From Escherichia coli (GTDB lineage Bacteria > Pseudomonadota > Gammaproteobacteria > Enterobacterales > Enterobacteriaceae): DNA of 64,000 nt. Where the stretch lies: NCBI RefSeq assembly GCF_003018235.1, contig NZ_CP027437.1. The stretch is one strand, 5' to 3'. Shown here piece by piece: positions 11,020 to 21,180 of the stretch; the stretch's first letter is position 1; the number at the start of each line of letters is the position of its first letter. The translations under genes were made by a program, and so were the position numbers. The notes beneath the pieces are model-generated. The model was not told the DNA's origin and ran no database searches. It was given only the letters and a program-made list of their open reading frames with translations.

Positions 11020-11250
11020 ATGAAAAAAATCATAGTTTTTTTTAACTCTGAACCAGCAGTGGTAGTGCCAGCGATGACTGGAGTTAACACCATCATGCGT
11101 GAATATCCAAATGGCGAAAAAACACACCTTACTGTAATGGCCGCAGGGTTTCCATCTCTGACCGGAGATCATAAAGTCATTTATGTAGCCGCGGATCGAC
11201 ATGTTACTTCAGAAGAAATTCTGGAAGCAGCAATAAGGCTCTTGAGTTGA
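11020..11250 (+). CDS. Hypothetical protein (76 aa)
   Basis: ORF MKKIIVFFNSEPAVVV... on the late strand between cspI and gnsB; no clear SD. Confidence 0.3.
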   Translation: MKKIIVFFNSEPAVVVPAMTGVNTIMREYPNGEKTHLTVMAAGFPSLTGDHKVIYVAADRHVTSEEILEAAIRLLS

Positions 11251-11421
11251 TTTGATGCTATTGTATTGATAATTCAGGAAAATTCTCTTTGTCTGTTTGT
11301 GTAAAATTTAGACTATCGTATGTTGATTATTGCGATGTTTCATCTTATCTTTTACACGTTTGCACCATATAATCGACTTACTGTGTAACTGGAAAGTCAT
11401 AACAGGCTAAAAGAGGAAATG

Positions 11422-11595
11422 ATGAATATTGAAGACTTAAAAACAAAAACAGAAGCAGATATTTCTGAATATATAACAAAAAAAATTATTGAACTTAAGA
11501 AAAAGACCGGGAAAGAAGTTACCAGTATTCAGTTTACCGCACGGGAAAAAATGACGGGTCTTGAAAGCTATGATGTCAAGATTAATTTAATCTGA
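11422..11595 (+). CDS. gnsB: GnsA/GnsB-family small protein (57 aa)
   Basis: MNIEDLKTKTEADISEYITKKIIELKKKTGKEVTSIQFTAREKMTGLESYDVKINLI; SD aagagga; missing from the ORF track because under 60 aa. Confidence 0.8.
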   Translation: MNIEDLKTKTEADISEYITKKIIELKKKTGKEVTSIQFTAREKMTGLESYDVKINLI

Positions 11596-11623
11596 TGTAT
11601 TCAATAATAAAATTTATCCATAA

Positions 11624-11647
11624 ACCCCGTTTTTACGGGGTTTTGTT
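11624..11647 (+). terminator. Rho-independent terminator after gnsB
   Basis: Hairpin ccccgt-tttt-acgggg followed by tttt. Confidence 0.75.
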
Positions 11648-11746
11648 ATATTTGAATGGTTCCGAATATCTAAATCACAATTGTTGATGGTTTTTATTAA
11701 ACCAATGCAGTCCGGCTCAGGAGTGAGAGAAGCCGGACGTTATGGT

Positions 11747-12157
11747 TTAGCGTGGTAAGATCTGTGTAGTTTTCTGGATGCTTTCAGTAAATAGTAATGA
11801 GTTATCAAAGGCATAGTAATATCTTTGGTGTTCCTGGATATTTGTAACCCATCGGAAAACTCCTGCTTTAGCAAGATTTTCCCTGTATTGTTGAAATGTG
11901 ATTTCTTTTGATTTCAACTTATTATAGGAGGTCTCTATAAGATGTTTGTTTCTGGAGAATTTAACATTTACAACCTTTTTGAGTCCTTTTACTAACACTA
12001 TGTTGTCGTTTTCTAACACAATGTGAATATTATCTGTGGCTAAATAGTAAATATAAAGTGAGACATTGTGACGTTTTAGCTCAGAATAAAATAATTCACA
12101 GTTTAAATCTTTACGCACTTGATCGAATATTTCTTTAAAAATGGCAGCCTGAGCCAT
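11747..12157 (-). CDS. ydfO: DUF1398 protein YdfO (136 aa)
   Basis: Start taken at the second Met, which has SD gaagg; length matches K-12 YdfO. Confidence 0.75.
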   Translation of the reverse strand: MAQAAIFKEIFDQVRKDLNCELFYSELKRHNVSLYIYYLATDNIHIVLENDNIVLVKGLKKVVNVKFSRNKHLIETSYNKLKSKEITFQQYRENLAKAGVFRWVTNIQEHQRYYYAFDNSLLFTESIQKTTQILPR

Positions 12158-12457
12158 TGGTAAACCTTCCATGTGATACGATGGCGCGTAGTTTGCATTA
12201 TCGTGTTTATTGTTTCAATCTGGTCTGACCTCTTTGTGTTTTGTTGATGATTTATGTCAAATATTAAGCCTGTTTTTAATGAATAGTGTTGATTGCGTAA
12301 CAAAGTTGAGCCTTGCTGGCATCCAGGAGGGATATGCAACCGACAGATGTATGTAAGGTCGATGTACTCAAACTTTCATACTTTTCCTCTTTTATGCAGA
12401 AAGATTTGAAGTAATATTTTAACCGCTAGATGACGAGCAAACGCATGGAGCGACAAA

Positions 12458-12664
12458 ATGAATAAAGAACAATCTGCTGATGAACTCTCGTTGGATCTGA
12501 TTCGTGTAAAAAATATGCTTAATAGCACCATTTCTATGAGTTACCCGGATGTTGTAATTGCATGTATAGAACATCAGGTGTCTCTGGAAGCATTCAGGGC
12601 AATTGAGGCAGCGTTGGTGAAGCACGATAAGAATTCGAAGGATTATTCCCTGGTGGTTGACTGA
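12458..12664 (+). CDS. Hypothetical small protein (68 aa)
   Basis: ATG with SD ggag 7 nt upstream; no recognisable family. Confidence 0.3.
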   Translation: MNKEQSADELSLDLIRVKNMLNSTISMSYPDVVIACIEHQVSLEAFRAIEAALVKHDKNSKDYSLVVD

Positions 12665-12999
12665 GCACCATAACTGCTAATCATTCAAACTATTTCACCT
12701 GTGACAGAGTCAATATCGCATTCTGTCACTGTCAGGCTAATACAGAGCTGCAATTCAACTACTGCAATGTCCTCGTAATTAGGTGAATTTACAATATCGT
12801 CCTGTTCGGATGCCGGCTGCATTGCTGAAGATGAGGCATTTATGGTTCGCATATTTTCCCCTCATGCTCGTCAGTCCTGTGCGTAGGAAGAAACAGGACA
12901 CTCACACTAATTTGTGTGGGCATGCTGTGATGTCCTTCTGAATTATTCCTATTCCATTATGTAAAGCGCTGTATCAGATGCTCGTCACGGCTGTCAGGC

Positions 13000-13100
13000 T
13001 GTCGGGTCCTCCCGGTGGGGGCCCCTGCCACGGGGCGGGAGCGTCGCGGAAAAAGGCTAGTTTTTGAAATTTTATTCGTCATCACCACTACTGTAATTGA
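13000..13100 (+). other. Putative cos site (cosN/cosB region) upstream of the terminase small subunit
   Basis: acggggcgggagcgtcgcgg...ttcgtcat resembles lambda cos acggggcggcgacctcgcgg...ttcgtcat at the equivalent position. Confidence 0.45.
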
Positions 13101-13218
13101 TTGATATTACAGTTGTTTTATTTTTATGGTGTCGATTCTGATTGTTTTTTGTTCATCACTAACACCGTTTGCCTAAAGTTGTTCGCAAGATGCATGTTTA
13201 AAACATTCTGGAGCGGGT

Positions 13219-13713
13219 ATGGATCGAGAGTTAAAAAATCTGACGCTGAATATCAGTCAACTGGCGGCATTGTCAGGTGTACATCGCCAGACTGCTGCGG
13301 CAAGGCTGCAAAATCTACCCGTTGCAGGGGGGCATGAAAGCAACCTCAAGCTTTATCGGGTGGTTGATATTGTGTCGGCATTTCTGGCATTACCACCGCC
13401 GGTTGCAGAAGGCGAAATGGACGCGCATGAGCGCAAAGCCTGGTATCAGTCTGAACGTGAGCGTCTTAAGTTCGAACAGGAAACGGCACAACTCATTCCG
13501 GCCAGTGATGTCAGACGGGAGTTTGCCATCTGGGCAAAAGCGGTCGTGCAGGTGCTGGAGACATTACCGGATATTCTTGAACGTGACTGCGGTCTGCAGC
13601 CTGCCGCTGTGAGCCGTGTTCAGTCCATTATTGATGATCTGCGCGATCAGATAGCCCTGCGGGTGACTGAAGCAGGTGCGGATGATGAGGAGGAATTACA
13701 GCAGGAGGAGTAA
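13219..13713 (+). CDS. Terminase small subunit (Nu1/Noh family)
   Basis: 164 aa with N-terminal HTH (LNISQLAALSGVHRQTAA); stop overlaps the large-subunit start. Confidence 0.8.
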   Translation: MDRELKNLTLNISQLAALSGVHRQTAAARLQNLPVAGGHESNLKLYRVVDIVSAFLALPPPVAEGEMDAHERKAWYQSERERLKFEQETAQLIPASDVRREFAIWAKAVVQVLETLPDILERDCGLQPAAVSRVQSIIDDLRDQIALRVTEAGADDEEELQQEE

Positions 13714-15815
13714 TGCTGAATCAGGAAACCGCAAAGGCAGCACGAACCGATTCAGGTTATATCCTTCGCGCACCGAGACGAATGCGGGTTGCTGATGCCG
13801 TTGCTCAGTATATGCGGGTGCCCATGGGGGCAGGGAACTCAGTCCCGTGGGATCCGCTGGTGGCACCGTATGTTATTGAGCCTATGAACTGCCTGGCCTC
13901 GCGTGAATACGACGCAGTGATATTTGTTGGCCCGGCACGAACCGGCAAGACTATCGGCCTGATTGACGGCTGGGTGATTTACAACGTGATTTGCGATCCT
14001 GCTGATATGCTGATCATTCAGATGACGGAGGAAAAAGCCCGCGAACACTCCAAAAAACGACTCGCCAGAACGTTTCGCGTCAGCCCGGAAGTGGTCAGTC
14101 GCCTGAGTCCGAACAAAAATGACAACAACGTTTATGACAGAACATTCCTTGCTGGCAACTACCTGAAAATCGGCTGGCCGTCAGTCAATATCATGTCTTC
14201 ATCAGATTATAAATGCGTGGCGCTGACGGATTATGACCGTTTTCCGGAAGATATTGATGGTGAGGGGGATGCCTTCTCTCTTGCCTCAAAACGTACCACC
14301 ACATTTATGTCCAGTGGTATGACGCTGGTGGAGAGTTCCCCCGGCAGGGATGTGAAGGATGTGAAATGGCGACGGACTTCACCGCATGAGGCTCCACCAA
14401 CCACGGGGATCCTGTCGCTCTATAACCGTGGCGATCGCCGTCGCTGGTACTGGCCCTGTCCACACTGTGGTGAGTATTTTCAGCCCTGCGGCGATGTGGT
14501 TGCTGGTTTCCGTGATATTGCCGATCCTGTGCTGGCAAGTGAGGCGGCTTATATTCAGTGTCCTTCCTGTTCAGGACGGATTTTGCCTGAACAAAAACGC
14601 GAGCTGAACGGACGTGGGGTCTGGTTACGGGATGGTGAATCCATCAATGCAGATGGCAGTCGTTATGGTGATCCCCGGCGTTCACGTATTGCGTCATTCT
14701 GGATGGAGGGGCCGGCAGCTGCTTATCAGACACTCTCGCAACTCGTTTACAAACTGCTTACTGCAGAACAGGAATACGAGACAACCGGAAGTGAAGAGAC
14801 ACTCAAGACGGTTATCAATACCGACTGGGGATTACCTTATCTTCCCCGCGCCAGCATGGAGCAACGAAAAAGTGAATTGCTTGAGCAGCGGGCAGAGCCA
14901 GTTCCTTCCCGCAGTGTGCCGGATGGCGTTAATTTCCTTGTGGCGACAGTGGATGTGCAGGCGGGACGTCATCGCCGTTTTGTGGTTCAGGTAACGGGCT
15001 ATGGCAGCCGTGGCGAACGCTGGATTATTGATCGTTACAACATCACGCAGTCATTGCGCGGTGACAGCGACGGGGAGAGCCAGCGAATTGATCCGGCCAG
15101 CTATCCGGAAGACTGGGATGTCCTGCTGACGGATGTTTTTCATAAAAGCTGGCCGCTGGCCTCCGATCCTTCTCAACAAATGCGACTGATGGCAATGGCG
15201 GTGGACTCCGGCGGTGAAGACGGGGTCACTGATAATGCCTATAAATTCTGGCGTCGTTGCCGTCGTGATGGCCTTGGTAAACGTATTTACCTGTTTAAGG
15301 GCGACAGCATCCAGCGCGCAAAACTGATCACCCGTACATTCCCTGATAACACCGGACGAACGGGCCGACGGGCGCAGGCCGCAGGTGATGTACCGCTCTG
15401 GCTTCTTCAGACGGATGCCCTGAAAGACCGGGTGAATAACGCGTTATGGCGTGACTCGCCAGGTCCCGGCTATGTGCATTTCCCTGACTGGCTGGGGAGC
15501 TGGTTTTACGACGAACTGACGTATGAAGAGCGGAGCAGTGACGGGAAATGGAGTAAGCCGGGTCGCGGTGCCAACGAAGCTTTTGACCTGATGGTGTATG
15601 CCGAGGCTCTGGTCATTCTGCATGGATACGAAAAGATCCGCTGGCCGGATGCACCGGAGTGGGCGAGCCGGGAAACCTGGCTGGAGTGTGTCCCGGACAG
15701 TACCGAACCGTCACCCACACCGGAACCGGTATCCACGCCTGTTAAAAAACAAAAACGGAAGAAAACAGTAACTGACGATGTTAACCCCTGGCTGACTTCC
15801 GGAGGATGGTTATGA
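13713..15815 (+). CDS. Terminase large subunit (lambda gpA-like)
   Basis: 700 aa with Walker A VGPARTGKT and C-terminal nuclease region. Confidence 0.92.
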   Translation: MLNQETAKAARTDSGYILRAPRRMRVADAVAQYMRVPMGAGNSVPWDPLVAPYVIEPMNCLASREYDAVIFVGPARTGKTIGLIDGWVIYNVICDPADMLIIQMTEEKAREHSKKRLARTFRVSPEVVSRLSPNKNDNNVYDRTFLAGNYLKIGWPSVNIMSSSDYKCVALTDYDRFPEDIDGEGDAFSLASKRTTTFMSSGMTLVESSPGRDVKDVKWRRTSPHEAPPTTGILSLYNRGDRRRWYWPCPHCGEYFQPCGDVVAGFRDIADPVLASEAAYIQCPSCSGRILPEQKRELNGRGVWLRDGESINADGSRYGDPRRSRIASFWMEGPAAAYQTLSQLVYKLLTAEQEYETTGSEETLKTVINTDWGLPYLPRASMEQRKSELLEQRAEPVPSRSVPDGVNFLVATVDVQAGRHRRFVVQVTGYGSRGERWIIDRYNITQSLRGDSDGESQRIDPASYPEDWDVLLTDVFHKSWPLASDPSQQMRLMAMAVDSGGEDGVTDNAYKFWRRCRRDGLGKRIYLFKGDSIQRAKLITRTFPDNTGRTGRRAQAAGDVPLWLLQTDALKDRVNNALWRDSPGPGYVHFPDWLGSWFYDELTYEERSSDGKWSKPGRGANEAFDLMVYAEALVILHGYEKIRWPDAPEWASRETWLECVPDSTEPSPTPEPVSTPVKKQKRKKTVTDDVNPWLTSGGWL

Positions 15816-16024
15816 ATCAGAATGATATTGAAGCCATGATTCAGCGTTATACGGAAGCTGAAATGGCAGTGCTGGACGGAAAATCCGTCACTTTTAATGG
15901 TCAGCAGATGACCATGGAAAACTTATCTGAGATCCGGCAGGGGCGGCAGGAGTGGGAGCGCCGCCTTGCGGCTCTGATTACACGACGACGGGGGCATCCC
16001 GGGTACCGGCTGGCGAGGTTCTGA
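15812..16024 (+). CDS. Head-tail joining protein gpW-like
   Basis: 70 aa; C-terminus ITRRRGHPGYRLARF resembles lambda W; ATGA overlap with terminase stop. Confidence 0.7.
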   Translation: MNQNDIEAMIQRYTEAEMAVLDGKSVTFNGQQMTMENLSEIRQGRQEWERRLAALITRRRGHPGYRLARF

Positions 16025-17532
16025 TGGCAATTCTTGATGATGTGATTGGCGTTTTTTCACCAGGATGGAAAGCGGCAAGGCTGCGTTCCCGAGCGGTGAT
16101 CCAAGCTTATGAGGCCGTAAAAACGACGCGGACACACAAAGCCCGACGGGAGAACCGAACTGCCGACCAGTTAAGCCAGTACGGGGCCGTGTCGTTACGT
16201 GAGCAGGCCCGTTACCTTGATAACAACCACGATCTGGTCATTGGTGTATCTGACAAGCTGGAAGAACGGGTGGTGGGGAAAAACGGGATTATTGTCGAGC
16301 CACATCCGGTATTACGCAATGGTGCCATTGCCCGTGACCTGGCAGCGGAGATACGTACCCGATGGAGTGAATGGTCTGTCAGTCCGGAAGTCACCGGGCA
16401 GTTTACCCGTCCGATGCTGGAACGTCTGATGCTGCGTACCTGGCTGCGCGATGGTGAGGTGTTTGCCCAGATGGTTTCCGGGCGCATAAACAGCCTGACG
16501 CCTTCTGCCGGTGTTCATTTCTGGCTGGAGGCGCTCGAGCCGGACTTTATTCCCATGACCAGTGATGAGAGCAACAGGCTGAATCAGGGCGTGTTTGTTG
16601 ATGACTGGGGGCGTCCCGAAAAATATCTGGTGTATAAAAGTCGTCCTGTATCCGGACGGCAGATGGAAACCAAAGAAGTGGATGCAGAGCGAATGCTGCA
16701 TCTTAAATTTGTTCGCCGTCTGCACCAGATGCGCGGGACGTCTTTATTGTCCGGTGTGCTGATCCGCCTCAGCGCCCTGAAAGAGTATGAAGATTCTGAG
16801 CTGACTGCAGCAAGGATCGCCGCTGCTCTGGGGATGTACATCCGGAAAGGCGACGGACAGAGCTATGAAACGGATGGTAATGACAGCAAGGAGAATGAAC
16901 GCGAGCTTACCATTCAGCCAGGCATTATTTACGACGATCTGAAACCCGGCGAAGAAATCGGAATGGTGAAGTCGGATCGTCCCAATCCTAACCTTGAAAC
17001 TTTTCGTAATGGTCAGTTGCGTGCCGTGGCGGCGGGCAGTCGTCTGAGTTTTTCCAGTACGGCACGCAACTATAACGGCACTTACAGCGCCCAGCGTCAG
17101 GAACTGGTTGAGTCTACTGATGGCTACCTGATCCTGCAGGACTGGTTTATTGGTGCCGTCACCCGCCCGATGTATCGTGCCTGGCTGAAACAGGCTGTGG
17201 CATCCGGTGTTATCAGGCTACCCCGCGATCTTGACCGTTCTTCACTGTATACCGCGGTGTATTCCGGACCAGTGATGCCGTGGATTGACCCTGTTAAGGA
17301 GGCTGAGGCCTGGAAAATCCAGATTCGTGGTGGAGCGGCGACAGAATCAGACTGGGTACGTGCTGGTGGTCGTAATCCGGATGATGTCAAACGTCGGCGC
17401 AAGGCCGAAATTGATGAAAACCGCAAGCTGGATCTGGTATTTGATACCGATCCGGCCAGTGATAAAGGAGGCAGCAGTGCCGCAACGAAACGACAGGAGC
17501 CGCAGCACACCGACGACCAGTCCGAAGAATAA
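16024..17532 (+). CDS. Portal protein (lambda gpB family)
   Basis: 503 aa, start overlaps gpW stop by 1 nt; position and size fit a portal. Confidence 0.88.
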   Translation: MAILDDVIGVFSPGWKAARLRSRAVIQAYEAVKTTRTHKARRENRTADQLSQYGAVSLREQARYLDNNHDLVIGVSDKLEERVVGKNGIIVEPHPVLRNGAIARDLAAEIRTRWSEWSVSPEVTGQFTRPMLERLMLRTWLRDGEVFAQMVSGRINSLTPSAGVHFWLEALEPDFIPMTSDESNRLNQGVFVDDWGRPEKYLVYKSRPVSGRQMETKEVDAERMLHLKFVRRLHQMRGTSLLSGVLIRLSALKEYEDSELTAARIAAALGMYIRKGDGQSYETDGNDSKENERELTIQPGIIYDDLKPGEEIGMVKSDRPNPNLETFRNGQLRAVAAGSRLSFSSTARNYNGTYSAQRQELVESTDGYLILQDWFIGAVTRPMYRAWLKQAVASGVIRLPRDLDRSSLYTAVYSGPVMPWIDPVKEAEAWKIQIRGGAATESDWVRAGGRNPDDVKRRRKAEIDENRKLDLVFDTDPASDKGGSSAATKRQEPQHTDDQSEE

Positions 17533-17545
17533 TTCCTGGTTCAGG

Positions 17546-19504
17546 ATGCAGGCTGGTCACCAGAGTGACGCGGATATTTATATTTATGACGAGATTGGTT
17601 TCTGGGGTGTTACAGCGAAGCAGTTTATCAGTGATCTGAATGCACTGGGCGATATCACCCACATTAATCTCCATATTAATTCACCGGGTGGCGATGTCTT
17701 TGAAGGCATCGCCATTTTTAATGCGCTGAAAACACATGGTGCGTCCATTACCGTTTATGTCGACGGTGTGGCGGCGTCAATGGCGTCGGTCATTGCGATG
17801 GTGGGAAACCCGGTCATTATGCCGGAAAACACTTTCATGATGATTCATAAACCATTTGGCTTTACGGGCGGTGATGCGGAGGACATGCGCACCTATGCCG
17901 ACCTGCTCGATAAAGTTGAGGCGGTTCTGTTACCCGCTTATGCACAGAAAACCGGGAAAACCACCGATGAAATTGCTGCCATGCTGGCGGATGAGACCTG
18001 GATGTCCGGTGCCGAATGTCTGGCACATGGATTTGCTGATCAGGTAACGCCAGCCGTTAAGGCAATGGCATGTATTCAGTCAAAACGTACAGAGGAATTT
18101 AAAAAGATGCCGGAATCCATTCGAAACATGATTACTCCGCCACGCAACAGTGCTCCACGCGTACAGGATGATGAACCTGCAGCCTCCCGGACGCCAGTGC
18201 AGGCAGCAGCACCCGTGGTGGATGAAAACAGTATCCGTGCGCAGGTACTGGCAGAGCAAAAAGCGCGTGTAAACGGTATTAATGATCTGTTTGCCATGTT
18301 TGGCGGGCGTTATCAGACTCTGCAGGCTCAGTGTCTTGCCGATCCTGAATGTTCGCTGGAGCAGGCCCGCGAAAAGCTGTTGAACGAGATGGGGCGCGAG
18401 TCCACGCCATCCAATAAAAATACCCCGGCTCATATTTATGCCGGTAACGGTAATTTTGTGGGGGACGGGATCCGCCAGGCGCTGATGGCGCGTGCCGGAT
18501 TTGAAAAAACCGAACGTGATAATGTCTACAACGGGATGACCCTGCGTGAATATGCCCGTATGTCACTGACTGAACGGGGTATTGGGGTTTCCAGTTATAA
18601 CCCGATGCAGATGGTCGGTGCGGCGTTCACACACAGTACGTCTGACTTCGGTAATATTCTGCTGGATGTTGCGAACAAAGCCATTCTGCAGGGCTGGGAA
18701 GATGCTCCTGAAACCTATGAACAGTGGACGCGGAAAGGTCAGTTGTCTGATTTTAAAATTGCCCATCGTGTGGGTATGGGGGGCTTCAGTGCTCTGCGTC
18801 AGGTGCGTGAAGGGGCGGAATATAAATACGTCACCACCGGAGATAAACAGGCCACTATTGCACTGGCGACCTATGGCGAGCTGTTCAGTATCACCCGTCA
18901 GGCCATTATCAATGATGATCTGAATATGCTGACCGATGTCCCGATGAAGCTGGGCCGTGCGGCGAAATCCACCATTGCCGATCTGGTTTATGCCATTCTG
19001 ACGTCTAACCCGAAAATCTCCACAGATAATGTAAGTCTGTTCGATAAAGCGAAACATGCAAACGTACTGGAGAGCGCTGCAATGGACGTGGCATCGCTGG
19101 ATAAAGCCCGCCAGTTGATGCGCGTTCAGAAAGAGGGGGAGCGTCATCTGAATATTCGTCCTGCGTTCGTACTGGTACCGACGGCGATGGAGTCTGTTGC
19201 TAACCAGGTCATTCGCTCCTCAAGTGTCAAGGGGGCTGACATTAACGCCGGTATTATTAACCCGGTGAAAGATTTTGCGACCGTTATTGCAGAGCCTCGT
19301 CTTGATGATAACAGCCAGACCACCTTCTACCTGGCTGCGTCCAAAGGCTCCGATACGATTGAAGTGGCTTATCTCAACGGTGTGGATACGCCATATATTG
19401 ATCAGATGGAGGGCTTCAGTGTGGATGGCGTGACAACGAAAGTGCGTATTGACGCCGGTGTCGCGCCAGTTGATCACCGCGGTCTGGTGAAATGTACGGC
19501 GTAA
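17546..19504 (+). CDS. Fused ClpP/S49-like prohead protease, scaffold region and HK97-fold major capsid protein
   Basis: N-terminal ClpP-like region, Ala/Pro-rich linker, C-terminal capsid-like domain; 652 aa from the first ATG after the portal stop. Confidence 0.8.
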   Translation: MQAGHQSDADIYIYDEIGFWGVTAKQFISDLNALGDITHINLHINSPGGDVFEGIAIFNALKTHGASITVYVDGVAASMASVIAMVGNPVIMPENTFMMIHKPFGFTGGDAEDMRTYADLLDKVEAVLLPAYAQKTGKTTDEIAAMLADETWMSGAECLAHGFADQVTPAVKAMACIQSKRTEEFKKMPESIRNMITPPRNSAPRVQDDEPAASRTPVQAAAPVVDENSIRAQVLAEQKARVNGINDLFAMFGGRYQTLQAQCLADPECSLEQAREKLLNEMGRESTPSNKNTPAHIYAGNGNFVGDGIRQALMARAGFEKTERDNVYNGMTLREYARMSLTERGIGVSSYNPMQMVGAAFTHSTSDFGNILLDVANKAILQGWEDAPETYEQWTRKGQLSDFKIAHRVGMGGFSALRQVREGAEYKYVTTGDKQATIALATYGELFSITRQAIINDDLNMLTDVPMKLGRAAKSTIADLVYAILTSNPKISTDNVSLFDKAKHANVLESAAMDVASLDKARQLMRVQKEGERHLNIRPAFVLVPTAMESVANQVIRSSSVKGADINAGIINPVKDFATVIAEPRLDDNSQTTFYLAASKGSDTIEVAYLNGVDTPYIDQMEGFSVDGVTTKVRIDAGVAPVDHRGLVKCTA

Positions 19505-19590
19505 ACGTCGCAGACAACAACTCTGATGGCCCGTAAGGGCTTTTTTTGTACCTGAAATCAGCCTCTGAACGGGGCTGTGCGGAGACAGTT

Positions 19591-19914
19591 ATGGCAAAGA
19601 ATTTTGTAGAAGAAGGAAAAACGGTGGCGATTGTTGCCAGTGCAGCCATCAGCAGCGGAGATCTGGTGCAGGTGGGTGATGTTTTTGCGGTGGCGCTGAC
19701 CGATATTCCACAGGGTGAAACAGGCGACGGCATGACCGAAGGTGTGTTTATCCTGCCTAAACTGAAAACGGATGACATGAAAACGGGTAAGAAGGTTTAT
19801 CTGAAGTCCGGAAAAGTTCAGCTGACTAACAGCGGCTCTGATCCGCTGGTCGGGGTTGTCTGGGCAGATGCCGGAACCAGTGCAGAAGAAGTGCCGGTAA
19901 AACTCAATGTCTGA
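19591..19914 (+). CDS. DUF2190-like small head protein (putative decoration/cement)
   Basis: 107 aa immediately after the capsid gene; SD ggag. Confidence 0.5.
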   Translation: MAKNFVEEGKTVAIVASAAISSGDLVQVGDVFAVALTDIPQGETGDGMTEGVFILPKLKTDDMKTGKKVYLKSGKVQLTNSGSDPLVGVVWADAGTSAEEVPVKLNV

Positions 19915-20182
19915 TCCCTTTTCCCGGCTGGCAGCGCGTATGGATGCGATCACGGTCAGAAAGATGGGAAAGACAGCCTCGATTAATGATGTCGATATGG
20001 CTGTGATCCCGGGCGAAACACTGGCAGAGCTGAATGCTCTGTCCGGACCTGCGGTCTCTCTGGTGGTGTTTTCTTCGGGATACCGCCCACGGCGCGGGGA
20101 TCGCGTTGTTTATGACGGACAACAATGGACGGTCACACGGCATGAACGTTTTAACGGTAAGCCAATGATCTTTATTGAGTAA
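19907..20182 (+). CDS. Head-tail attachment/adaptor protein
   Basis: 91-aa ORF overlapping the preceding stop, between head and tail genes. Confidence 0.5.
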   Translation: MSDPFSRLAARMDAITVRKMGKTASINDVDMAVIPGETLAELNALSGPAVSLVVFSSGYRPRRGDRVVYDGQQWTVTRHERFNGKPMIFIE

Positions 20183-20193
20183 AGAGGTGTGGG

Positions 20194-20772
20194 ATGAAGG
20201 GGCTTGAGAATGCCATCCGCAATCTGAACAGCCTTGATACCCGTATGGTGCCACAGGCCAGCGCATGGGCGATAAACCGTGTGGCACAGAAAGCGGTCTC
20301 GGTTGCCACCCGGCAGGTTGCCGGGAATACCGTTGCGGGAGATAACCAGGTGAAAGGGATCCCCCTGAAACTGGTACGTCAGCGTGTCCGGGTGTTTAAA
20401 GCCAGTCCGTCAGGAAAAATGACGGCCAGGATCCGCGTTAACCGGGGCAATCTGCCCGCCATTAAGCTGGGGACAGCCCGGGTCAGACTGGCCCGGCGTG
20501 GTGGAAAACTGCAGTACCGTGGCAGTGTGCTGAAGGTGGGTAAATATCTTTTCCGGGATGCGTTTATTCAGCAACTGGCGAATGGTCGCTGGCATGTGAT
20601 GCGGCGTATTGATGGCAAAAATCGTTACCCCATTGATGTGGTGAAAATCCCGCTGTCCGGACCGCTGACACAGGCATTTGAAGATGCCCGCGACCACATC
20701 ATTGCTGCGGAAATGCCGAAACAGCTGGGGTATGCACTGAAACAACAACTGAGGTTATGGCTGACCCGATGA
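20194..20772 (+). CDS. Minor tail protein Z-like (tail completion)
   Basis: 192 aa, same size and position as lambda gpZ. Confidence 0.7.
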   Translation: MKGLENAIRNLNSLDTRMVPQASAWAINRVAQKAVSVATRQVAGNTVAGDNQVKGIPLKLVRQRVRVFKASPSGKMTARIRVNRGNLPAIKLGTARVRLARRGGKLQYRGSVLKVGKYLFRDAFIQQLANGRWHVMRRIDGKNRYPIDVVKIPLSGPLTQAFEDARDHIIAAEMPKQLGYALKQQLRLWLTR

Positions 20773-21170
20773 ACCGGCATACACAAATCCGCCAGGCCGT
20801 ACTGGCACGCCTTCGGGAACAGTGTGGAGACAGCGCCACGTTTTTTGACGGGCTTCCGGCATTTATTGATGTGCAGGAACTGCCTGCCGTGGCGGTGTGG
20901 CTGAGTGATGCTCAGTACACCGGAAAAATGACGGATGAAGATGACTGGCAGGCTGTTCTGCATATTGCCGTCTTCATCCGGGCACAGGCACCGGATTCAG
21001 AGCTGGATATGTGGATGGAGAGCACCATTTTCCCTGCCCTGAATGATATACCGGCACTTTCCGGACTCATCGACACCCTGATCCCACTCGGTTTTAACTA
21101 TCAACGTGATAATGAGATGGCCACCTGGGCGATGGCGGAAATCACGTACCAGATCACGTACACGAATTAA
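20757..21170 (+). CDS. Tail terminator protein U-like
   Basis: 137 aa between Z and the major tail protein. Confidence 0.7.
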   Translation: MADPMNRHTQIRQAVLARLREQCGDSATFFDGLPAFIDVQELPAVAVWLSDAQYTGKMTDEDDWQAVLHIAVFIRAQAPDSELDMWMESTIFPALNDIPALSGLIDTLIPLGFNYQRDNEMATWAMAEITYQITYTN

Positions 21171-21180
21171 GGAGGTGGTA

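Noticed and set aside
15952-17545. Upstream in-frame extensions of the portal (from 15952) and protease-capsid (from 17285) ORFs
   Set aside because: They would overlap the preceding genes by 70-260 nt; the internal ATGs at 16024 and 17546 give the compact, coupled arrangement expected in phage late operons.
18563-19147. 194-aa - strand ORF inside the protease-capsid gene
   Set aside because: Antisense to a conserved structural gene; no independent support.
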